Shown here: piece by piece, positions 57,745-64,000 of the stretch | Position numbering within the stretch: the first letter of the stretch is position 1 | Layout of the letters: every line of letters starts with the position of its first letter | Program-made: the position numbers and the translations under genes | Notes under the pieces: generated by a model | Databases searched by the model: none | What the model was told of the DNA's origin: nothing | The model's input: the letters and a program-made list of their open reading frames with translations, nothing else | NCBI GenBank assembly: GCA_002433075.1 | Contig: DJHM01000038.1 | Location: 4,075 to 68,074, forward strand | Direction: 5' to 3' | DNA: 64,000 nucleotides | Source: Latescibacteria bacterium UBA6620 | Lineage (GTDB): Bacteria; Latescibacterota; UBA2968

Positions 57745-58179
57745 CTACACCAGATGCTGGCCGTCGAAAACGAGCTTCTCCCCCTCGTAGATGCACCCCG
57801 TTTCTTCATCGAGGTGGTACTTCATCAACTGCCCGATCGAGAGATGGTTGAAGACTTCCTTCGGATCCTTGTATTTCTCGATCAGTTTTTCGATCGGTCC
57901 CTCAAATTTAATCTCGCGCCGCTTCGGCCGGTCTTTCTGCTTCTGAGCGATCTCCTCAGCGGACATAATCGGAAGGCGCTCTGAGGTAGGCCCGAGCCGA
58001 CTCGCGAATTCCTGCTTCCTTCGATAGCGATCGTGACGAAGTTCGCTCGGTGTCAGGTCTTCATCATCTTCGGCGAGGGAATCGGCCTCGTCCATATTCT
58101 TGTTCCAGCGCTCCCGCTCGTTCTCCTTGAGCTGGTCGTCACCAGCTTTCCTCATAATGTCTTTCAGCGGATCGCTCAC
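57745..58179 (-). CDS. hypothetical charged protein
   Basis: 144 aa, Lys/Glu/Asp-rich, with a clean ORF and no competing frame. No family recognised. Confidence 0.5.
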   Translation of the reverse strand: MSDPLKDIMRKAGDDQLKENERERWNKNMDEADSLAEDDEDLTPSELRHDRYRRKQEFASRLGPTSERLPIMSAEEIAQKQKDRPKRREIKFEGPIEKLIEKYKDPKEVFNHLSIGQLMKYHLDEETGCIYEGEKLVFDGQHLV

Positions 58180-58322
58180 TCATTCCTCCACATTGGGAAA
58201 CCAAAAAACCCCACGAGATCCGTGTGGTTGGACCCTGCAGGGCGTCATCTCGATGTGATTCAAAGCACGGATCATGTTAAGTGTCGCTAATGATTCGAGA
58301 ATAAGCGAGGGGACGATCTTTG

Positions 58323-58595
58323 TCAATCTGTAAATTCCCGTTCAAGGCCGAAGATTTCGAGGTATTTACGCACACGACGGGAAAGATCGGGCGCCTCGAT
58401 GCTGAAGCAGAGGTCATCGGCTCGATAGGCTCGACAGACGTCTGGCCTGTCCTCGTAGATGGCGCACAGGAGGTCGTCCGTAAGATGGGGACACCGTTCC
58501 CCGATTCCCTTGCCGAGTGCGGCAATATCGGGTGCCACACAACAGGCCCCGCATCGGCTGCATTCGGTCTCTCCAGTCTCTGTCGTGCAGGCCAA
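58323..58595 (-). CDS. YkgJ-family cysteine-cluster protein (UPF0153)
   Basis: 90 aa with CSRCGACCV...CPHL...LCAIYEDRPDVCRAY. Confidence 0.75.
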   Translation of the reverse strand: MACTTETGETECSRCGACCVAPDIAALGKGIGERCPHLTDDLLCAIYEDRPDVCRAYRADDLCFSIEAPDLSRRVRKYLEIFGLEREFTD

Positions 58596-58696
58596 GAGGC
58601 CCCCTATCGTTGACGCTCCACCGGACGTCGGCTACATTGCCTGGCAGCCAAAATATACGAAAATTCCATCTTTTACCCGCAATCGTGGAGCACCAG

Positions 58697-59485
58697 ATGT
58701 CAGAATTCAACCGCCTGGTCGACATTATGGCCAAACTGCGGGCACCCGATGGCTGCCCCTGGGACCGCGAGCAGACGCACGAAACCCTCAAGCCCTACCT
58801 GATCGAGGAGGCCTACGAGGTACTCGACGCGATCGACGCGGGCGACACTCGGGACCTGGTCGAGGAACTGGGGGATGTCCTGCTGCAGGTCGTTTTTCAC
58901 GCTCAGGTTGCCAGCGAGGCGGGCGAGTTCGAGGTGGAGGACGTCGCTCGAGCCATCTCTGAAAAACTCGTTCGACGCCATCCCCACGTCTTCGCCGATG
59001 GGAATGCGAAGAACGCCGATGAGGTGCTCGCCAAATGGGAGCAAATCAAGTCTGAGGAGCGGGAAGGAAAAGGCGAGGACCCCTCGATCCTGGATGGCAT
59101 CCCGCGCCACCTCCCTGCCCTGCATCGAGCCGAGAGAATCCAGAAAAAGGTGGCAGGGGTCGGGTTCGACTGGGAGCACACCGATGAGATCGCGGTCAAA
59201 GCTAGGGAGGAGGTCGAGGAATTCATCGAGGTCCTCGGCTCGGACGACCGGGACAGAATAATCGACGAACTCGGGGACGTGTTGTTTTCGATCGTCAACC
59301 TGGCGCGCTTTGTCGGGCTCTCCCCCGAAGAGGCACTCACCAGCACCAACGCCAAGTTCATTCGTCGCTTCAAATTCATCGAAGAAAAGCTGGCCGAGCG
59401 TGGTAAGACACCCGAGTCATCCACTCTGGAGGAGATGGACTCGCTCTGGGAGCAATCCAAGTCAGCCCTGAATGAGGAAAGCTGA
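58697..59485 (+). CDS. mazG: nucleoside triphosphate pyrophosphohydrolase MazG (tandem MazG domains)
   Basis: Internal Met of ORF 58517..59485. Motifs are LRAPDGCPWDREQTHETLKPYLIEEAYEVLDAI and a second EELGDVLFSIVNLARF repeat. Confidence 0.9.
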   Translation: MSEFNRLVDIMAKLRAPDGCPWDREQTHETLKPYLIEEAYEVLDAIDAGDTRDLVEELGDVLLQVVFHAQVASEAGEFEVEDVARAISEKLVRRHPHVFADGNAKNADEVLAKWEQIKSEEREGKGEDPSILDGIPRHLPALHRAERIQKKVAGVGFDWEHTDEIAVKAREEVEEFIEVLGSDDRDRIIDELGDVLFSIVNLARFVGLSPEEALTSTNAKFIRRFKFIEEKLAERGKTPESSTLEEMDSLWEQSKSALNEES

Positions 59486-59509
59486 AGATCTCTGACAGAC
59501 TGGGGCTGA

Positions 59510-60454
59510 TCAACCCGACCAGAGGGTCCGCTCCAGGACGGCGAGCGCTGCAACCACATCCTGAGCCGCCAGACCGGTGAGATAGCAAATACTTCCGGTC
59601 CCCTTCGAGCTCGACAACGCCCCCAGTGCGGCATCCCCCATCGTTGGCGCATCGTCTTCCAGCGCATCGGGCAATTCCAGCAAGTCTCCGGAGACCCGAG
59701 CCTGATCCACGTGATCGGGCACGATTCTGCGTGCCGCAATCAGCCCTGGCTCCACCTGGATCGCCCGCGGATCTCCACCGACCACCGACAGGTGGGTATC
59801 GCCACCCAGATGATGGCTCAGGACAACAGGAGTTCGGGTGGGAACGGCCGTGAACAGCCCGTCCACACCCTCGGCGGCCTCATCGACTGACCCCACGGCC
59901 ACGACGGCCGCCGCAGCCCCTTCATCCAGTCGGTCGGCAAAAGCCTGGCGCCGGGTTTCCTTCCGGCTCGTGACTCTGATCTCTTCGCAGTCGAAGGCCG
60001 CATCGACACAGCGCACGATCGCCTCCGCAATCCGCCCTGTACCCACGACGCCCACCCTGGACGGATGATCCCGACCGAGATACCGACATCCCAGGGCGGC
60101 CGCAGCCCCGGTTCGCCAGTTGGTAATCGCCTCCGCGGCAACCGTCGCGCGGCGTCCTGTCCGGATTTCTTCGATCTCGATCACCGCCGTCCGTTCCCCG
60201 AGATGACCCGAGCCCGCTTTTGACCGCTCTTCGATTCGCTTCTTGCCGCGATAGTGTCCCAACCACTCCGCCGGCATTTCGAGACGGAAGTACTCCAGTT
60301 CCCCCTCTCGCCCCACTGATTGATCTCGAGGCGGGTTTACCAGCTCTCCCGAGCCATAGAGCCTGAAGGCCCGGTCACAGGCCGCCAGGAAATCCTTGGC
60401 CGACAGAACCCGTTCCACCGTCTCGTCCGTGATGACAGCTGGTTCGTCTCGCAT
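59510..60454 (-). CDS. ornithine cyclodeaminase/mu-crystallin family protein
   Basis: 314 aa with the Rossmann motif VGVVGTGRIAEA and a family-typical N-terminal region. Confidence 0.7.
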   Translation of the reverse strand: MRDEPAVITDETVERVLSAKDFLAACDRAFRLYGSGELVNPPRDQSVGREGELEYFRLEMPAEWLGHYRGKKRIEERSKAGSGHLGERTAVIEIEEIRTGRRATVAAEAITNWRTGAAAALGCRYLGRDHPSRVGVVGTGRIAEAIVRCVDAAFDCEEIRVTSRKETRRQAFADRLDEGAAAAVVAVGSVDEAAEGVDGLFTAVPTRTPVVLSHHLGGDTHLSVVGGDPRAIQVEPGLIAARRIVPDHVDQARVSGDLLELPDALEDDAPTMGDAALGALSSSKGTGSICYLTGLAAQDVVAALAVLERTLWSG

Positions 60455-60457
60455 TCC

Positions 60458-61060
60458 CTACTCCACAACCGGCATCAGGATCCCAGTGGCGTCACCCAGC
60501 ATTTCACCCCGTCCTTCCAGAAACCAACGTCCCGCCAGCGCCCCGCTGGCCGCATCCAGCTCGTGGTCATTGGCCGTTTTTCTGAGTCCTCGAAGTCCCA
60601 GTTTCCGCAGTCCCTTCAGCAGTCCTTCCATATCGTGCTGCTTTCGCGAAATGCCCCAGACATCCTGTGCACCTCCCGGATAGCACTCCACGGCTTCGTA
60701 CCCCATCTCCGCGAGGATGCCCTTGAGACGAATTCCTCTTTCAGTAAGCATCCGCATCGGCCCCAAGGTGATCGGAAAAAAACGAATCCCCATCTTCTGC
60801 AACACCCGATCGCAGGGCCTCAGGTGCTCACCGTTGCGATCTTCCAGGGTTTTCCGTCCCGGAGGCAAAGAAAGGGGAGCGTCCATCGGCACAAGGACGG
60901 GCGCGTGGGCATCCACAAGGGCCAGGAGCTCCTCGTCCTCGTAGACGGTCGAAACTTTAGCCCGGTTTCCCTGAAGGACACACACGCCAGTGGGTCGTTT
61001 GGGAGCTCCTGAAAGATCCACTCCAACGACAACGTCTTCTGCTGATTCGGGTTGGCTCAC
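60458..61060 (-). CDS. DUF429-domain protein (predicted RNase H-like fold)
   Basis: 200 aa with VVGVDLSGAPKRPTGVCVL...MDAPLSLP...DHELDAASGALAG. It ends 3 nt before the OCD-family gene. Confidence 0.6.
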   Translation of the reverse strand: MSQPESAEDVVVGVDLSGAPKRPTGVCVLQGNRAKVSTVYEDEELLALVDAHAPVLVPMDAPLSLPPGRKTLEDRNGEHLRPCDRVLQKMGIRFFPITLGPMRMLTERGIRLKGILAEMGYEAVECYPGGAQDVWGISRKQHDMEGLLKGLRKLGLRGLRKTANDHELDAASGALAGRWFLEGRGEMLGDATGILMPVVE

Positions 61061-61192
61061 GCTGCCAACCTACCGGTCAGGATCTGATGCGGCAAGTCCC
61101 TAAACCGGCCCCGGTCGCAACCCGAGTCTTGGTCGCCCGGCGATTCCATCTTACCTTACCGGCCGCTCAATCGAACACGCACTGGAGGACGT

Positions 61193-62356
61193 ATGAAGAT
61201 CACGAAGGTCGAAACTTTTATCGCCGGAAACCCCTGGAAGAACTGGCTCTTCACGAAAGTCCACACCGACGAAGGCGTAACCGGCATCGGGGAGGGCACG
61301 ATCAATGCCTTCGCAAAAACAGTCGAGGCCGCCGTACACGAACTCGAGTCGATGTTCGTCGGAATGGACCCTTTCCAAATCGAGCGGATCACCCAACGGA
61401 TGTATCGCGACGTCTACAGTGACGGCGGACAGGTCCACAAGCACGCCGTAGCGGCTGTCGAAGTCGCGTGCTGGGACATCATCGGGAAGAGTCTGGGAGT
61501 CCCCTGCTGGAAGCTTCTCGGGGGACAGGTCCGATCGGAAGTTAAAGCGTATGCGAACGGATGGTATCGTGGCGATCGAACGCCCGATAACTTCCACGAA
61601 CTCGCAAAGGGAGTCATCGATCGAGGCTACAAGGCACTGAAATTCGATCCCTTCGGGGCCGCCTATCAGATCACGGACAACGATGATGAAGCGCTCGCCA
61701 TCGACATCATCGCCGCCGTTCGCGATGCCGTTGGACCCAGCGTGGACATTCTGATCGAGGGGCACTGTCGGTTCAGCACGTCGACTGCCCTCAAATTCGC
61801 TCGAAAGATGGAGCGCTACAATCCCACCTGGTTCGAGGAACCCACCCCCCACCACAAGATCGACGCGTTGGTCGAGGTCGCTCGTGCTTCTCCCGTACCG
61901 ATCGCGACGGGAGAAAGCCTGCATACCAAATATGAATTCGCCGAACTGCTCAAGCACGATGTCGTCCAGATCCTTCAGCCCGAACCTCTTGCCTGCGGGG
62001 GGCTGTGGTCCTGCCGCACGATCTGCGATATGATCGACGCCCACTACGGGGTGGTTGCACCCCACAACGCCCAAGGACCCGTCTGCACCGCGTTGTGTAT
62101 GCAGATCGCTGCGTGTACGCCCAACCACTTTATTCAGGAAATCTTCGACGAGTTCAACGTGGAGTGGGAGAAAGACCTTCTCACCGGCCATCATTACGAG
62201 GTGAAAGACGGGTATATCGACGTATCGCACGAGCCCGGCCTAGGAATCGACCTCAACATTGAAGAGATTCAGAAACATCCATACGCACGTAGCAACTACC
62301 TGCCCCTCTTCCGGGATGGCTGGGAGCGACGGGAAGGTGAAACACAGCAGGGGTAA
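61193..62356 (+). CDS. enolase-superfamily acid-sugar dehydratase (mandelate racemase/muconate lactonizing family, galactonate-dehydratase-like)
   Basis: 387 aa with MKITKVETFIAGNPWKNWLFTKVHTDEGVTGIGEGT, AVEVACWDIIGK, FEEP and IATGES. Confidence 0.85.
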   Translation: MKITKVETFIAGNPWKNWLFTKVHTDEGVTGIGEGTINAFAKTVEAAVHELESMFVGMDPFQIERITQRMYRDVYSDGGQVHKHAVAAVEVACWDIIGKSLGVPCWKLLGGQVRSEVKAYANGWYRGDRTPDNFHELAKGVIDRGYKALKFDPFGAAYQITDNDDEALAIDIIAAVRDAVGPSVDILIEGHCRFSTSTALKFARKMERYNPTWFEEPTPHHKIDALVEVARASPVPIATGESLHTKYEFAELLKHDVVQILQPEPLACGGLWSCRTICDMIDAHYGVVAPHNAQGPVCTALCMQIAACTPNHFIQEIFDEFNVEWEKDLLTGHHYEVKDGYIDVSHEPGLGIDLNIEEIQKHPYARSNYLPLFRDGWERREGETQQG

Positions 62357-62382
62357 AGATCCACACCCGACAGGAGCACCCA

Positions 62383-63123
62383 ATGGTAAATCCGGTGAAA
62401 TCGATATTGGAAAGAGGAGAAGTCTCCCTCGGGGGCTGGCTCAATCTTGGTTCTCCGATGGCGGCAGAGATGATGGCGAGTTGCGGCTTCGACTGGCTCG
62501 CCGTCGACGCCGAGCACTCGCTATTCGACCTGAACACCATCGCCGATTCGATGCGTGGGATCGAAGCTCGTGGATGCGTACCGCTCGTGCGAGTCTACGG
62601 TCACGACCCCGTCACGATGGCCCGAATCCTCGACGCCGGGGCCTACGGGATCATCGTCCCGCACGTCAGCACACCAGATCAGGCGAAAGAGCTTTCGGAT
62701 TCGATGCGCTATCCCCCGGTCGGTGTGCGCTCGGCGGGGACGGGCCGAATCGCGGCGATGGGCGACGATTATCGTGCAACCATCAACGACCAGGTTCTCG
62801 TCATCCCGCAGATCGAGGATATGGAAGGGATCGAAAACGCAGAGGCGATCCTCGAGGTCGATGGCATCGACATCGGTTTCATCGGCCCGAACGATCTTGC
62901 CCTCTCGATGGGTGTCGAATCCGGCCATCCAGATCACGAAGCAGCCATCCTTGCCGTCGCGGCGGCTGGGAAAGCAACCGGCAAGCCCGTCGGGCTCCCG
63001 ATCCGTGAAGTCGAAGGCGCCAGGAAACGCATCGAAGATGGTTTCACCTTCATCGATTGCTGCAGTGATCTGCGGATAATGGAAGCCGGAGCCAAAGCGA
63101 CCCTGTCCGGGCTGAGAGGATAG
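62383..63123 (+). CDS. HpcH/HpaI-family 2-keto-3-deoxy-acid aldolase
   Basis: 246 aa with [37 protein letters not shown] and [11 protein letters not shown]. It is a paralogue of 28772-29530. Confidence 0.85.
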   Translation: MVNPVKSILERGEVSLGGWLNLGSPMAAEMMASCGFDWLAVDAEHSLFDLNTIADSMRGIEARGCVPLVRVYGHDPVTMARILDAGAYGIIVPHVSTPDQAKELSDSMRYPPVGVRSAGTGRIAAMGDDYRATINDQVLVIPQIEDMEGIENAEAILEVDGIDIGFIGPNDLALSMGVESGHPDHEAAILAVAAAGKATGKPVGLPIREVEGARKRIEDGFTFIDCCSDLRIMEAGAKATLSGLRG

Positions 63124-63125
63124 GG

Positions 63126-63458
63126 ATGCTCGTCCTGACCACACACACGATCGAGAACGCCTCCATCAGGACCTATCACGGTCTTGTCAGTGGGGAAGCC
63201 ATCCTGGGCGCCAACGTGTTCCGCGATCTGCTCGCGGGTATCCGCGACATCGTTGGAGGGCGATCTGGCGCGTACGAAGAGTAGCTCCGTTGTGCGAAAG
63301 ACATCGCCATCCAGGAGAGGGTGACACAAGCCGAATCCCTCAGTGCCAACGCCGTCACCGGCGTCGACGTAGACTATGAGACCATCAGCGGCGGGACTGG
63401 CAATATGCTGATGGTCGGCACCAGCGGCACAGCCGTGGTCTATTCGGATCGCGTGTAG
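63126..63458 (+). CDS. ybjQ: YbjQ-family (UPF0145) protein, in-frame TAG at 63282-63284
   Basis: Not in the track because both halves are under 60 aa. It reads [105 protein letters not shown]. It is colinear with E. coli YbjQ, where the stop aligns with Glu. Confidence 0.7.
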
Positions 63459-63492
63459 TAGGTAGCGTAGCCACCCCCGTCCCCTTCCCTCC

Positions 63493-64000
63493 TTGACGAA
63501 CTTCGATTCCCACATACAGCGCCTTCGATCTGCCGTTTGCGCAGCCGATCACACCCTCTGCCATCCGTCGACGGTCGAGGCTCTCTCCGCTCTCCGGCAA
63601 CACGCCACCGACATTGAAATCCGCCTCCGCACTCCGGAGTACGACCGCGACGAGTATCTGTTGAACTGCGACCAGGACGGTTGCCCAGTTCGCGCTGAGT
63701 TCGACGTCGCCGCTCTTGTCCCCTGGGTCGAGACCTCAGAGGGTATGATTCTCGTCAACAGATGGCTCGCCCACTTCTTCGGATTCCGCCATCGGGTGAT
63801 CCATCTTTTCCTCGACCACCCCGACCACTCCGATTGCACTTTCGCCCAGATCCGAAGCCTCTCCAAGTACAACTCGCCAGGTCGCCTGGATATGCCCGTG
63901 GGCGGCCACGTGACCGGCATCGACGACCAGTTGGATTCTCTGGCTCGAGAGGTGCAGGAAGAACTGGGGCTCAGCATCGAGCGCGATCTCATCGACGTGA
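63493..64000 (+). CDS. Nudix hydrolase (partial, continues beyond the window)
   Basis: The plus-strand frame is open to the window end. The Nudix box is GGHVTGIDDQLDSLAREVQEELGL. The start is uncertain (TTG 63493 is the first candidate after an in-frame TAG). Track ORF 63549..63992(-) is its antisense shadow. Confidence 0.65.
   Translation, partial: MTNFDSHIQRLRSAVCAADHTLCHPSTVEALSALRQHATDIEIRLRTPEYDRDEYLLNCDQDGCPVRAEFDVAALVPWVETSEGMILVNRWLAHFFGFRHRVIHLFLDHPDHSDCTFAQIRSLSKYNSPGRLDMPVGGHVTGIDDQLDSLAREVQEELGLSIERDLIDV

Noticed and set aside
16821-63284. In-frame TAG codons as pyrrolysine or sense-codon reassignment.
   Set aside because: TAG is a genuine terminator here: the korB TAG is followed 19 nt later by a rho-independent terminator, and selB and 30343..30738 also end in TAG. 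TAA and TGA interruptions occur too. No pyl genes or methylamine methyltransferases are present.
63549-63992. Minus-strand ORF of 147 aa at the right edge.
   Set aside because: It is antisense to a plus-strand frame that contains a textbook Nudix box (GGHVTGIDDQLDSLAREVQEELGL) and stays open to the window end.
1-64000. CRISPR arrays, rRNA genes, intact IS elements, toxin-antitoxin pairs or recognisable defence islands.
   Set aside because: Reading all intergenic regions above about 100 bp, I saw no regularly spaced direct repeats. I found no Cas, transposase, restriction, helicase-nuclease or small paired ORF signatures in the six-frame track.

Overview
This is a GC-rich (about 60% by eye), densely coding bacterial chromosomal segment with about 70 genes, mostly in tightly coupled operons. 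I cannot assign a phylum. The content suggests a halotolerant, probably anaerobic or microaerophilic, uncultivated organism.

Main content, left to right:
- glycine-betaine synthesis by glycine methylation (GSMT/SDMT)
- tRNA-Leu(GAG) directly after secG, then tpiA-pgk-gap and a PPi-type phosphofructokinase
- a comF gene split by a ~1.95 kb lower-GC remnant of an integrative element, which carries a serine-recombinase C-terminal remnant, a RAMA-like gene and a hairpin-dense non-coding stretch
- a HAD-YvcK/CofD fusion
- HDOD/receiver/PAS-kinase signalling modules
- a six-gene coupled operon: GT2, radical-SAM/SPASM, GT2, pentapeptide K+ channel, DmpA, Na+/solute symporter
- larB, dus, PolX-Nth, a FIST/M14 pair
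- CBS-flanked 2-oxoacid:ferredoxin oxidoreductase (korAB)
- a selenocysteine locus: selA, selB, a thioredoxin-fold ORF with an in-frame TGA, then tRNA-Sec
- a sugar-salvage cluster, class I FBA, mazG, and an acid-sugar dehydratase/aldolase pair

I saw no CRISPR array, rRNA, intact transposase or recognisable defence system.

The candidate I rate highest is the selenoprotein embedded in the sel operon. Next are the GT2/rSAM/GT2/channel operon and the comF-disrupting element with its structured RNA-like region.

Major caveat: at least 16 genes' worth of frameshifts and in-frame stops occur as read, and several frameshifts sit in homopolymer runs. Assembly error and real gene decay cannot be separated without reads. 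Start codons are judged by eye and many are uncertain by a few codons.
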